This document shows positions 9,651-22,690 of a DNA stretch of 64,000 bases, piece by piece (within the stretch, counting starts at the first letter, position 1; every line of letters begins with the position of its first letter). The stretch is from Desulfosporosinus sp. Lineage in GTDB: Bacteria; Bacillota; Desulfitobacteriia; Desulfitobacteriales; Desulfitobacteriaceae. A program made the translations under genes and the position numbers. The DNA is taken from NCBI GenBank assembly GCA_031292055.1, contig JARLHV010000050.1, forward strand, positions 37,369 to 101,368, written 5' to 3'. Below the pieces are notes generated by a model. It was given only the letters and a program-made list of their open reading frames with translations, did not search any database and was not told the DNA's origin.

Positions 9651-10097
9651 ATGAAGGTTATTCTTCAAGCAGATGTCAAAGGAACAGGTAAAAAGGGACA
9701 GATTTTTGAAGTCGCTGACGGATATGCCCGAAATTTTCTTTTTCCTAAAAAGTTAGCGATTGAAGCGACTACTGGAAATATTCAGGATATCTCACATAAG
9801 AAAGTGCTGGAAGAGCGCCGCAAGGAAAAAGAAAAAGAAGACGCCATTGAATTAGCAGCTAAACTGAATGCTCTCCAGATTGAAGTTAAGACGAAGACGG
9901 GTGAAGGTGGGCGTTTATTTGGTTCAGTGACCAGCAAAGAGATTGCTGATGCGTTGAAAAAACAGCATGGGGTTGAAGTGGATAAACGCAAGTTAGAAGT
10001 AAAAGAACCGCTGAAGGCGCTTGGCAGTTATGAGGTTCATGTCAAAATTCATCTGGACGTGATCGCGAAGCTTCAAGTGCATATTGTGGCAATCTAA
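9651..10097 (+). CDS. rplI: 50S ribosomal protein L9
   Basis: [16 protein letters not shown]...[20 protein letters not shown]. Confidence 0.98.
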   Translation: MKVILQADVKGTGKKGQIFEVADGYARNFLFPKKLAIEATTGNIQDISHKKVLEERRKEKEKEDAIELAAKLNALQIEVKTKTGEGGRLFGSVTSKEIADALKKQHGVEVDKRKLEVKEPLKALGSYEVHVKIHLDVIAKLQVHIVAI

Positions 10098-10122
10098 ACT
10101 GATCCACGAAAGGGGATCCCTC

Positions 10123-12027
10123 ATGAAAGGGCTTTTGACAAAATGGCTAGCTCATACGAATCTCAATGAGCGGTTACAGGATGAGGAAGAGTGGCGCCGA
10201 GAAGTCGATACACTCTATGTGTTGCTTTCGAATTATCATGGAACCGACAAGCTAGTTCTTAAGGCCAGCAGGTTGGAAGCGCTCAAACTTATGCGTTCGG
10301 ATGAACTCGTCGAACGTGTTGCGGGTTTACGCAAAATTGTTTCCGATGATCCTACTGTCCAGACGATTCCGACGTTGCAGGAAATTCCGCAGCTTTTGGA
10401 CGAAATTGAAGAACAGATCGCAGAACTTATTGCCAGGCGATCTGTCGAAGAACGGTTGGAACGTGTTGTTTTAGAAAAGATGCAGGTTCGACATGAGGAT
10501 TATGTCAAAGAAATCAAGATTCAAGTTCTTCAAGAAACGTCTGGGCCAGAAAATGCTCAAACGCTTAAGAAGCTAGCGGTACTCGAAAAGATGAATACTA
10601 TTTCATTGAACCGTTCCGCGTTTGATGTATTGCGTCCGCAAACTGTAGCCGAGATTATAGGGCAAGAAAGCGCTGTCCAAGCCTTGTTGGCTAAGTTGGC
10701 AACTCCCTATCCTCAACATATCTTGATGTATGGTCCGCCTGGAGTCGGCAAGACGTCTGCAGCTCGGGTTGCGTTAGAAGAGGTTAAGAGTCATTCCCAT
10801 TCGCTCTTTGCTAAAGAGGCTCCTTTCGTCGAAGTGGACGGGACGACGTTACGATGGGACCCTCGGGATGTAACTAATCCTCTTTTGGGATCGGTACATG
10901 ATCCAATCTACCAAGGAGCGAAAAATGACTTAGCAGATATAGGCATCCCAGAGCCTAAAATGGGGTTAGTGAGCGACGCTCATGGAGGCATCTTATTCAT
11001 TGACGAAATAGGGGAAATGGATCCTTTACTTTTAAATAAATTGCTCAAAGTACTGGAAGATAAACGGGTATCCTTTGATTCTTCGTATTATGATCCGGGT
11101 AACCCTCAGCTTCCTCAGTGGATTAAAAAACTCTTTGAAGAGGGGGCGCCTGCTGATTTTGTCCTCATCGGAGCTACGACACGAGATCCTTCCGAGCTCA
11201 ATCCTGCCCTGCGTTCCCGCTGTTCGGAAGTCTTTTTTGTTCCTCTTGAGCCAAGAGATGTTCAGCATATTATTCGTCAAGCTGCCCAAAAACTTGGAGT
11301 GGCTTTGGACGACAATGTGCCTGAAATCATCAGTGAATATGTGATCGAAGGACGGAAAGCGAATAGTATTCTAACTGATGCTTACGGCTTGGCGAGATAT
11401 CGCAACTCAAATCAGGAAGATGTTAAGGTGACAAGTGCCGATGTTTATGAAGTCTTGCGCTCGGCCCGACTTACCCCGTATATTTTTCGAAAAGTCCAAC
11501 CTACTTTGGAAATAGGGAGAATCTTAGGATTGGGTGTCGCTGGATTTTTGGGCTCGGTGTTGGAGATCGAGGCGATTACCTTTAGAGGACGGGATGGCAA
11601 AGGAACGGTACGTTTTAATGAAACGGCAGGAAGTATGGCTAGAGATGCAGTGTTTAATGCTACTGCGGTTATCCGTGATCTGACAGGGGAAGATTTGCGC
11701 AATTACGATGTGCATGTTAATGTGGTCGGCGGGGCAAAAATTGACGGCCCTTCAGCGGGGTTGGCAACAACGCTAGCCATTTATAGCGCCTTAAAAAAAC
11801 AGCCACTACACCAAGATGTTGCCGTAACTGGGGAGATTTCTATTCAGGGTAAGGTTAAACCCGTCGGTGGCATTTACGAAAAGATTTTCGGAGCGAAGCA
11901 GGTTGAAGTTCGCAAAGTTATAATCCCCCTGGAAAATATGGCGGATGTACCACAGAGTTTGCAAGGAATTGAAGTGGTGGGAGTCAGTACGATCGAAGAG
12001 GCTATTAAACATATTTTTAACACTTGA
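10123..12027 (+). CDS. lonC: Lon-family ATP-dependent protease (LonC type)
   Basis: AAA Walker A GPPGVGKT, Walker B ILFIDEIG, protease DGPSAG and PVGGIYEK (Ser-Lys dyad); ATG at 10123 follows RBS AAAGGGG. Confidence 0.85.
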   Translation: MKGLLTKWLAHTNLNERLQDEEEWRREVDTLYVLLSNYHGTDKLVLKASRLEALKLMRSDELVERVAGLRKIVSDDPTVQTIPTLQEIPQLLDEIEEQIAELIARRSVEERLERVVLEKMQVRHEDYVKEIKIQVLQETSGPENAQTLKKLAVLEKMNTISLNRSAFDVLRPQTVAEIIGQESAVQALLAKLATPYPQHILMYGPPGVGKTSAARVALEEVKSHSHSLFAKEAPFVEVDGTTLRWDPRDVTNPLLGSVHDPIYQGAKNDLADIGIPEPKMGLVSDAHGGILFIDEIGEMDPLLLNKLLKVLEDKRVSFDSSYYDPGNPQLPQWIKKLFEEGAPADFVLIGATTRDPSELNPALRSRCSEVFFVPLEPRDVQHIIRQAAQKLGVALDDNVPEIISEYVIEGRKANSILTDAYGLARYRNSNQEDVKVTSADVYEVLRSARLTPYIFRKVQPTLEIGRILGLGVAGFLGSVLEIEAITFRGRDGKGTVRFNETAGSMARDAVFNATAVIRDLTGEDLRNYDVHVNVVGGAKIDGPSAGLATTLAIYSALKKQPLHQDVAVTGEISIQGKVKPVGGIYEKIFGAKQVEVRKVIIPLENMADVPQSLQGIEVVGVSTIEEAIKHIFNT

Positions 12028-12082
12028 AGATTTTCAGTTTACAATGTTATAGAGATTAAGGACGACCGGGAGGAGAGAGGTT

Positions 12083-13417
12083 ATGGAACTAATAAAAGTT
12101 CCACCCCAGAATTTAGAGGCCGAACAGGCGGTCTTAGGTGCGATGATGCTCGAACCGGAGGCCGGAAGTTCAGTCTTTGAAATGCTTCAACCGGAAGATT
12201 TTTACAGAGATAATCACCGTTTGATTTTTTCCGCGCTTCGAGATCTCTTCGAAAAAGGTGATCCGGTTGATCTTGTCAGTGTCGCGGAGATTTTGCGTCA
12301 ACAGGGGCGTCTGGAACAGGTCGGCGGGATTTCCACAATCTCAGAGATTGCCCGTTCCGTTCCTTCAGCGGCTAATGTGGAGTATTATGCTAAATTAGTG
12401 ACGGAGAAGGCCCTTCTTCGTCAACTCATTCGTGCGACAAGCAGCATTTTAGAACGGGGATATGAGCCGGGGGAAGAAGCGCGTGGTCTCTTGGAAGAAG
12501 CAGAGAAACTTATTCTTGATCTTTCGCGGCGGCGTGTTAAAGATGGGTATAGCTTCATTCGCGACGTTCTCTTAGAGACGTTTGAAAAAATTGAGTATCT
12601 CTATGCTAATAAAGGTAATCTCACAGGTGTTCCCACCTTTTTTACGGAATTAGACCGGATGACATCGGGGTGGCAGGCGTCTGATTTGATAATTATTGCT
12701 GCTCGGCCGTCGATGGGAAAAACAGCTATGGTTTTAAACATGGCTCAAAATGCGGCAGTTCGAGCCAAGGTCCCGGTTGCTATTTTTAGTTTAGAAATGT
12801 CCAAAGAACAGCTGGTGCAACGGATGCTTTGTGGAGAAGCGATGGTTGATCAACAGCGCGTAAGGACTGGGGAATTGCTGGATGAAGATTGGCCGAAACT
12901 GACGCGGGCGGTAGGGCCGCTTTCGGATGCCCCGATTTTTATCGATGATACGGTAGGAATTTCCTTGGCCGAGCTTCGCTCAAAGGCTCGTCGAATGAAG
13001 ATGGAACATAATCTGGGCATGATCGTTATTGACTATCTTCAGTTATTGTCAGTTGGGAAAAAAACAGAAAGCCGACAGCAAGAGGTGGCTCAAATCTCCA
13101 GAACTCTCAAAGGGCTTGCTCGGGAACTGAAAGTTCCAGTCATTGCCCTGTCCCAGCTCAACCGGGGGGTTGAGCAACGCCAGGATAAACGGCCAATTAT
13201 GTCAGATTTATTGGAATCTGGAGCGATTGAAGCGGATGCGGACGTGATTTCATTTATTTACCGGGATGAGTATTATAATCATGAATCGGAGAAAAAAGGG
13301 ATTGCCGAGTTGATTATTGCCAAACACCGCAATGGTCCGGTAGGAACTATCGAATTAGGTTTCCTTAAAGAGTTTACTAAATTTGTAAACCTTGACCGAC
13401 AACATCAAACGGCTTAA
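12083..13417 (+). CDS. dnaB: Replicative DNA helicase
   Basis: PPQNLEAEQAVLG, IIAARPSMGKT, IVIDYLQL, SQLNRGVEQRQDKRP. Confidence 0.97.
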   Translation: MELIKVPPQNLEAEQAVLGAMMLEPEAGSSVFEMLQPEDFYRDNHRLIFSALRDLFEKGDPVDLVSVAEILRQQGRLEQVGGISTISEIARSVPSAANVEYYAKLVTEKALLRQLIRATSSILERGYEPGEEARGLLEEAEKLILDLSRRRVKDGYSFIRDVLLETFEKIEYLYANKGNLTGVPTFFTELDRMTSGWQASDLIIIAARPSMGKTAMVLNMAQNAAVRAKVPVAIFSLEMSKEQLVQRMLCGEAMVDQQRVRTGELLDEDWPKLTRAVGPLSDAPIFIDDTVGISLAELRSKARRMKMEHNLGMIVIDYLQLLSVGKKTESRQQEVAQISRTLKGLARELKVPVIALSQLNRGVEQRQDKRPIMSDLLESGAIEADADVISFIYRDEYYNHESEKKGIAELIIAKHRNGPVGTIELGFLKEFTKFVNLDRQHQTA

Positions 13418-13660
13418 GCTTGTATCCCCTTGCCAATTCGTGGGCTGGGGGATTTTTAACGCCTTTTTTAGCAAGACTATATCCCAGACTTTCAGTTTGA
13501 AATAATAGGAAGTTAGAGTGTCGAATGTTTTATGTATTATTACGCTTAATGTTCGATAACTGGATTGACAATGAGGTAGAGGATTGTTAAGATGAAATTG
13601 TTTGTCAGGAGAGGTCCTTTGCCAGTAGGCAAAAGTGAACGGCTCTAGGAGGGAATACAA

Positions 13661-15073
13661 TTGAAACATGAAGTGGATGTCTTAATTATCGGAGCCGGTC
13701 CTGCCGGGATTTTCACGGCGTTAGAGTTATCAAAACTCAATAGTGATTTAAAGATTCTTATAGTTGATAACGGAAGAACCATTGATAAGCGAAAGTGTCC
13801 AGCTCGTACTACTGGAATTTGCGTCGGGTGTAATCCTTGCGCTATTACCAGAGGCTGGTCGGGGGCAGGGGCATTTAGTGATGGAAAACTCTCTTTAAGT
13901 CCTGCAGTTGGTGGCCGATTAACGGAATATATGCGAGAAGAACAAGCTCAGGACCTGATTAATTATGCGGATTCTAAATACCTTCAATTTGGAGCACAAG
14001 AAAAAGTGTACGGTTTAGATACCCGCCGTGTGGAAGAAATTCAATATGAGGCATCACGCCATAACATTCAGTTAATTCATTGTCCTGTACGCCATTTAGG
14101 AACCGAGCTAGCCTATGATGTCTTAAAGGGCATGTATGAGTATCTGATGAACAAGACGAAGACAACCTTTTGGGAACTTGCTGAAGTTAAGGATATTTTA
14201 GCTTCCCCAGAAGGGGTTAGAGGAGCAACCATTCAACGCAGAGATCAACAAGAACTCGATGAAGTTTCCGCTCGTTTTGTGGTTGCTGCCCCAGGTCGTG
14301 GGGGTGCGAATTGGCTCGCGGCGCAGGCTATTCGGCTAGGTGTGGTAACAGAAAACAATGAAGTAGACATCGGAGTACGTGTTGAAGTTCCAAACTCTAT
14401 TATGGATCATCTAACGCGGGATCTTTATGAACCCAAGCTGGTTTATTATTCGGACACGTATGATCTGAAAACTCGTAGTTTCTGTGTCAACCCCGGTGGT
14501 GTCGTTTCCGAAGAGCACTACGATGGCGATATTGCCGTGGTGAATGGGCATAGTTATGCTGATCCCGCTCAGAAGACTAAGAACACAAATTTTGCTTTAT
14601 TAGTATCAACTCGCTTCACAGAGCCTTTTAATCAACCAATTGAGTATGGGCGCTATGTTGCCCGACTTGCGAACATGTTAACAGGGGGCGGAGTGATGGT
14701 TCAGCGCCTGGGAGACCTTCTCCGGGGAAGGCGGACAAATAAAAGTCGTCTGAGTCGATCGACGACTATTCCGACGCTTATCTCTGCAGTGCCTGGAGAT
14801 CTCAGCTATGTATTGCCGGAGCGGTATTTGACCTCCCTGATCGAAACACTAAAGGCCTTTGATAAAATTGCTCCTGGTATGTATTCCAGAAATACGTTGT
14901 TGTACGGAGTTGAGGCTAAGTTCTATTCTTCAAAAGTAAAAGTTGACGCAAATTTTGAAACAGCGATTCCCCGCTTATACGCCATTGGTGATGGAGCGGG
15001 AATTACCCGTGGCTTGATGCAAGCTTCGGCGACGGGTGTTGTCGTGGGTCGAGATATTGTAACTAAGGTATAA
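13661..15073 (+). CDS. FAD-dependent oxidoreductase / uncharacterised flavoprotein
   Basis: GAGPAG Rossmann motif, GWSGAGAFSDGKL, YAIGDGAGITRGL; TTG start after GGAGGG. Confidence 0.85.
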   Translation: MKHEVDVLIIGAGPAGIFTALELSKLNSDLKILIVDNGRTIDKRKCPARTTGICVGCNPCAITRGWSGAGAFSDGKLSLSPAVGGRLTEYMREEQAQDLINYADSKYLQFGAQEKVYGLDTRRVEEIQYEASRHNIQLIHCPVRHLGTELAYDVLKGMYEYLMNKTKTTFWELAEVKDILASPEGVRGATIQRRDQQELDEVSARFVVAAPGRGGANWLAAQAIRLGVVTENNEVDIGVRVEVPNSIMDHLTRDLYEPKLVYYSDTYDLKTRSFCVNPGGVVSEEHYDGDIAVVNGHSYADPAQKTKNTNFALLVSTRFTEPFNQPIEYGRYVARLANMLTGGGVMVQRLGDLLRGRRTNKSRLSRSTTIPTLISAVPGDLSYVLPERYLTSLIETLKAFDKIAPGMYSRNTLLYGVEAKFYSSKVKVDANFETAIPRLYAIGDGAGITRGLMQASATGVVVGRDIVTKV

Positions 15074-15143
15074 CCTATTTGTCAGGCGGAAGCTAATGAG
15101 GACTCACAATTTGCAGATGCTATGAATTGACAGGGGGCGAAAG

Positions 15144-17748
<2,605 letters not shown>

Positions 17749-17987
17749 TACTCTCAGTTAACCAAGTGAAATGCCCTGCCAGGGCTTCTAAGAGGCATGT
17801 GTACTAGTCAAGCAGGCGTCATTTAATAAAGGGATATTATGTCGGGATGAAATTGTCTGATCCGGCATAACAAACCCGTGTGTTGTCTAAGCTTGATGAT
17901 TAGATAATGCTCAACTAGCAACTAGGGAGTGCGAAAGATAGCGAATCAACAATTTTAACGAGATTAAAGGAAATATTATAAAAGGTC

Positions 17988-18016
17988 TTGACGGATAGGA
18001 TACTTTAGTATAGTAT
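17988..18016 (+). promoter_or_regulatory. SigA promoter of the tRNA cluster
   Basis: TTGACG-17 bp-TAGTAT, 23 nt before tRNA-Lys. Confidence 0.7.
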
Positions 18017-18039
18017 TTAAATTCGTGGTGTACTCATTT

Positions 18040-18116
18040 GAGCCATTAGCTCAGTTGGCTAGAGCACCTGACTTTTAATCAGGGTGTCCCGCGTTCGAGT
18101 CGCGGATGGCTCACCA
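18040..18116 (+). tRNA. tRNA-Lys (TTT)
   Basis: GAGCCATTAGCTCAGTTGG...CTGACTTTTAATCAG...GTTCGAGTC...TGGCTCACCA cloverleaf. Confidence 0.97.
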
Positions 18117-18239
18117 TTTTAGAAGACAGTGATCGGAAGTCAGAAGTCAGCAAATTTGTTGAGTCTGACATTTGTTACAACTGGCATCTGAATTATGCTT
18201 CGATCTGATATCTAACTTCTGATATCAGACGTCTGTTGC

Positions 18240-18315
18240 GGCCCGTTGGTCAAGCGGTCTAAGACACCGCCCTTTCACGGCGGTTACACGGGTTCGAATC
18301 CCGTACGGGTCACCA
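18240..18315 (+). tRNA. tRNA-Glu (TTC)
   Basis: GGCCCGTTGGTCAAGCGG...CCGCCCTTTCACGGCGG...GTTCGAATC...CGGGTCACCA. Confidence 0.97.
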
Positions 18316-18327
18316 AAATTATTTTAT

Positions 18328-18403
<76 letters not shown>

Positions 18404-18761
18404 CTTTAGTCTTGATGAATAGGTATTTGCGCACTGGCCAGCGAGCCTCAAAACGTAAATTGGGATATTTGTGCCCTATAACAGGCTTATAGAAACACTG
18501 ATATAAAAGGTTCTGACGATTTCCTTCAGAGGAAAAATCAGAACTTTTTTGTTATAGCTTTTAGTCATAAACCGTTAAATTAGGACTATCCTTTTCTTTA
18601 AGAGAAAAGAGAAGCTAGTGTTCCTTTTAACCGAGCATTCATTGTGGATACTAACTTTGCATATTTTTTTGTTAAAGTATGTATATTGGCTCTTGAAGGG
18701 ATTAGAATATTGGTAAACTAATTGTAGGGACCGGACTTTTAGATCAAAAACTATTAAAGGG

Positions 18762-19109
18762 GTGCATAGTGTGGAAAAAGATAAACTGGTGGATATTATC
18801 CAGTGGGAAAAAGAGAGATATGAAAAAATCAAAACAGAATATTTGAAAAAGTATTTATTGAAAAAAGGAATAGAAGCCACTGAAGACAATATTAAGCTCG
18901 CTGAATATGATTTTGATTTTGATTTTTCAGATGGCTTAAAGCATGCAATCAACGAAAGTAATTTAATTAGTTTAATTAGAGATGGAAATGAGGTTGTCTC
19001 ATACGGCTTAAATAATAATACGATTCAGTTACATTTTTCAAAGAGCGATTCCATAGAGTTTTTTGTTGATACGAACGGAAAAATTCAAACGAAACTTATC
19101 CAAATGTGA
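18762..19109 (+). CDS. Hypothetical protein
   Basis: 115-aa AT-rich ORF; no recognised motif. Confidence 0.45.
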   Translation: MHSVEKDKLVDIIQWEKERYEKIKTEYLKKYLLKKGIEATEDNIKLAEYDFDFDFSDGLKHAINESNLISLIRDGNEVVSYGLNNNTIQLHFSKSDSIEFFVDTNGKIQTKLIQM

Positions 19110-19188
19110 TTTAAACTCAACATACACGCCTGTGAAAACATTTTGAGAACTATTGTTGCAAAAAGTTAAATTTATCAAGCAATATGAG

Positions 19189-19217
19189 TTGACATATTGC
19201 ATCTCTAAGTTTATAAT
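19189..19217 (+). promoter_or_regulatory. Consensus SigA promoter upstream of tRNA-Gly
   Basis: Perfect TTGACA-17 bp-TATAAT. Confidence 0.85.
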
Positions 19218-19290
19218 TCTCTTTGTTGGGAAAAGGGAGTTCGATGGCCTGATCAGGACTGATAACTGAACCCCTCTTTTTATACATCAT

Positions 19291-19365
19291 GCGGACGTGG
19301 CTCAGCGGTAGAGCATTGGCTTCCCAAGCCGAGGATCGCGAGTTCGAATCTCGTCGTCCGCTCCA
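19291..19365 (+). tRNA. tRNA-Gly (CCC); integration target
   Basis: GCGGACGTGGCTCAGCGGTAGAGC; anticodon arm TTGGC-TTCCCAA-GCCGA; GTTCGAATC; ends CGTCCGCTCCA. Confidence 0.96.
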
Positions 19366-19528
19366 TACGTATTATCAACGGTCTCACGGTTTTCAGTGAA
19401 TGAAAGCGTGAGGCTTTTTTGTATATGCCGAGGCTCTGAACGTGGTATCTCGGACTAGGCGATTTTGACTATGCCGAGGCTCTGTTAACGCCCATTTCTT
19501 GCAATAAATATTGCAGGAGTGATGTTAA

Positions 19529-20473
19529 ATGGCAAGGCTCAGACGAATTGATGGAAAGAAATTTTTAACGAGAGAAGAGTGTTTAAAGGACTTTACGTTG
19601 TTTAAACTTGCTCAGGGTGTTTCCGAACGCACTATAAAGGATTACGAGTGGCACCTAGGTCATTTCTTTAAGGAGTTCCCTGAGGGGTGGGGGGATTATA
19701 CTACAGTCAAGAAGGCAGTAATTCATTATTTTGCGAATGGAAATCATTTAGCTCCAGCTACACACAATATGAGACGTAAGTATCTAAAATGTTTTTTTTC
19801 TTGGATGGTACAAGAAGGCACATTGACCTCAAATCCTGTCGATGGCATTCGACAGCGTAGAGAGGAGCCAAGGGTAAGAGAAATAGATGAGATCAAACTC
19901 AAAGAATTGATAGCCATTTTTGATCGTAAAACATATTCAGGGTTACGTGACTATGTGCTGCTGTGTCTGACGATTGATACGGGGATTAGGCCAAAAGAGG
20001 CATTAGCGTTGCTCTCAGAACATTTTAATCAGCGTGGGATGGAAGTACACATTCCTGCAGCAATTGCTAAAACAAGAATAAGCAGAACATTACCTTTGCT
20101 TCCCCTAACTGTAGACGGTATAAGAAAGCTTCTTTCCGTTCGGCCAGAAAGCTGGGGCAATGCTCCGCTCTTTGCTTCTTCTGAAGGAAAAGCTATGGAT
20201 ACTCATGCCTGGTCATTAAGGTTACGCCGATATGGAGAAAAACTAGGCTTTAAGATTTCAGCATATGATCTTCGTCACGCCTTTGCGTTAATGTTTTTAC
20301 GAAACGGTGGGCATGCTTTGGCACTACAAAGGACATTGGGGCATACTGATTTAACTGTTACAAAAAGGTACGTGGCACTAACACAGCAAGATTTGCGTGA
20401 ACAGCATACCGCTGCCTCACCGTTAAATTCTATTGTTCAGAAGCAAGACCGTATGAGAAAGTTGAAGAGTTAA
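19529..20473 (+). CDS. Tyrosine recombinase/integrase of element 1
   Basis: RDY...TGIRPKE (box I), AYDLRHAFA, LGHTDLTVTKRY (R-H-R-H-Y catalytic set). Confidence 0.93.
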   Translation: MARLRRIDGKKFLTREECLKDFTLFKLAQGVSERTIKDYEWHLGHFFKEFPEGWGDYTTVKKAVIHYFANGNHLAPATHNMRRKYLKCFFSWMVQEGTLTSNPVDGIRQRREEPRVREIDEIKLKELIAIFDRKTYSGLRDYVLLCLTIDTGIRPKEALALLSEHFNQRGMEVHIPAAIAKTRISRTLPLLPLTVDGIRKLLSVRPESWGNAPLFASSEGKAMDTHAWSLRLRRYGEKLGFKISAYDLRHAFALMFLRNGGHALALQRTLGHTDLTVTKRYVALTQQDLREQHTAASPLNSIVQKQDRMRKLKS

Positions 20474-20908
20474 TATATTTTTGGGCTACCTTACGGGGTG
20501 GCTCTCTATATTTTAGGCTTTCAACGTGGCTCTTCGTCCTAACCATTCCCTATAATAAAAGTACTGAGCCATATCTCCGTTTAGGTTTAATTACTTCTTT
20601 AAGCGTTTGTACTCCTCGCTCCGCTCGGAGTACAGTGGCAAAACTTCCTGCGGGAAGTTTCACCACAAATTTAGAAAAAGATAAGTTTGTTTGTTATTCT
20701 TCCTAGGTGAAAATATGGGTAGTAACGTATAGACGTTAGTATCAAGTCTTAACGCCCCCTGCTTTAAATACGATCAAACGAACTCATCAAATATCCTATA
20801 TAAGAAGTAATATACAGATGAAATTGATGACTTTACGTTCCTTATGATTCGTTATTACGGTACTTTATTGAAAATAACAGTTAACTCGTACCGGCAAAAT
20901 AGTTGATA

Positions 20909-22690
20909 TCAAAACCTGGTAACTGTTTTAGGATTTATTTTAATAGCTCCACTGTCTTCTAATTTACTTAAACTAGGATGCTTCCATATCCGATTCAGGT
21001 TTGGATCTTTCCTGTTCCAACCTAAGAGACCACACAGATATTTCTTCTCATAATTGCCAAGTGGCTGTTCCAATATTAATGAAGCCATTTGAGCTGCTTT
21101 GATATCAGTTTTACTTTCCTTTCGTGGAGCCGTTTTAGAATGAATATTTAGGTCAATCGGTTCACCAATTTGTATCCCAGGAAAGTTCCTTATCACCTCA
21201 TCAATAACCAACGGATTACTTTGAACAAGGAATATTTCTGAGCAGGGCTGTTCATTCCGATCAATACGTTTGATGGCTTGATAGATGTCCTTGGCTATAG
21301 AGCCAACCCTAATTTTTTCATATTGTTCGTCAATGAATCCGAAGCCACCAGTTACGTTATCCATTAAAATCTCGTTATCTACTGGCTCAACCTGTGAAAA
21401 GAAATGCTGATACGTGGCATAAAGTTCCATTTTCAATATATTGGTAGCAACGATCCAAACCTGATTGAAGTCTCTCCAATGGTTCTTACCAATCAAATTG
21501 CCATAATACGTAACAGCAATGTCCTGACCGTTATACTCATCACAAATACCGATATCTTGAAATCCCTGTTTCTTAAGATGAGCTACAATTTCATCTTTTT
21601 TATCTTTATGGACGACTACCAAAGTCTTATCGGTGCTGGATTTATACTTCCTAATTGCCTCACAAATCTTCTCAGGATAATCGATAGCATTTATTATACT
21701 GCCCTTACTCGTGCTGAACTTGTCCACTCGGATGACCGATTTCGTGTTATCGATTATTCTTGGTTGAATATCTACTGTCATATTAGGAGAGCAGTCATAT
21801 AGACGATCAATTCCTGCACTTGCATCCAGAATGATATTGTTCTGCAGTGACCATAACTTTAGACGGCTGTCGATGGCAGTAATTCTACCTTGGTAAGAAA
21901 AGCAAAGAGATGAACCTAGGATGCCTACCATTTCGAGAAATTCTTTAACTGATTTAAGGTCTTTAACTTTGCTTCTATTTGCCATTACATGGTTACGAAA
22001 TTCTATAAGTGATGCAAGGTCTACAGTTGGCCGACATGCAATTACACTTTTGCTTTTTGCAGTACCAAGGGTAATTTCATCAAATAAACCTGAACATAAT
22101 TCCGAAAGTTTATCTTGTAGCCAACGGCTTTTGAGAAAGGCAACGTGTTCCAAATATTCAACTTCAGTAAATGTATGAGTTGGAGGTTCAATTTGTTCGT
22201 CAATAACTAGAGTGTGTCTTCCTTGTTCAAAAATGGACCGTTTCTTCTCATCAAGGCATAAGTCAAGATACCTAGAGTGTGTAATGATAACAACTGGAAA
22301 GCTTGGGATAAGGTCAATATTTTTTCTGTCCTCTTCCCAGGTATCTCCGGTTATCCCTAGAGCAACCGTTTTCCCTACTAAATTGTTAATTCTTGTAACA
22401 CTATCAGTGACCTCGGGTTTGAACTTTTTTACCAATAGAAACTTACGTGTGCCACCCCTCAGACGGTACACGCCAATTGCGTTATCTGTCCCAAGAGATT
22501 TTCCGATCCCAGCTTCTATTCCTAACACAGTGAACCGCTCGATCCCGGTCTCACCAATAATTAGCAAATCACGAAGATGAGCCATCTGTATATTTTTGAG
22601 GATATGATCTTGGTCTGCTAAACCATCATGCCCAGCTTGGACCGTTTCCTCCTTGTTAATGGCGTAAACAGGTATATTTGACTCCATCAT
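20909..22690 (-). CDS. SF2-helicase-like protein, possible replication protein
   Basis: Walker A-like EAGIGKS, Walker B-like LVIDEQ, motif III-like ILDASA, late motif YQAIKRIDR; 593 aa. Confidence 0.55.
   Translation of the reverse strand: MMESNIPVYAINKEETVQAGHDGLADQDHILKNIQMAHLRDLLIIGETGIERFTVLGIEAGIGKSLGTDNAIGVYRLRGGTRKFLLVKKFKPEVTDSVTRINNLVGKTVALGITGDTWEEDRKNIDLIPSFPVVIITHSRYLDLCLDEKKRSIFEQGRHTLVIDEQIEPPTHTFTEVEYLEHVAFLKSRWLQDKLSELCSGLFDEITLGTAKSKSVIACRPTVDLASLIEFRNHVMANRSKVKDLKSVKEFLEMVGILGSSLCFSYQGRITAIDSRLKLWSLQNNIILDASAGIDRLYDCSPNMTVDIQPRIIDNTKSVIRVDKFSTSKGSIINAIDYPEKICEAIRKYKSSTDKTLVVVHKDKKDEIVAHLKKQGFQDIGICDEYNGQDIAVTYYGNLIGKNHWRDFNQVWIVATNILKMELYATYQHFFSQVEPVDNEILMDNVTGGFGFIDEQYEKIRVGSIAKDIYQAIKRIDRNEQPCSEIFLVQSNPLVIDEVIRNFPGIQIGEPIDLNIHSKTAPRKESKTDIKAAQMASLILEQPLGNYEKKYLCGLLGWNRKDPNLNRIWKHPSLSKLEDSGAIKINPKTVTRF

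Noticed and set aside
13595-13660. Riboswitch in the leader of the flavoprotein-purB-purA genes
   Set aside because: Only a short TTTGCC-agta-GGCAAA hairpin; no purine, ZTP or PRPP aptamer consensus recognised.
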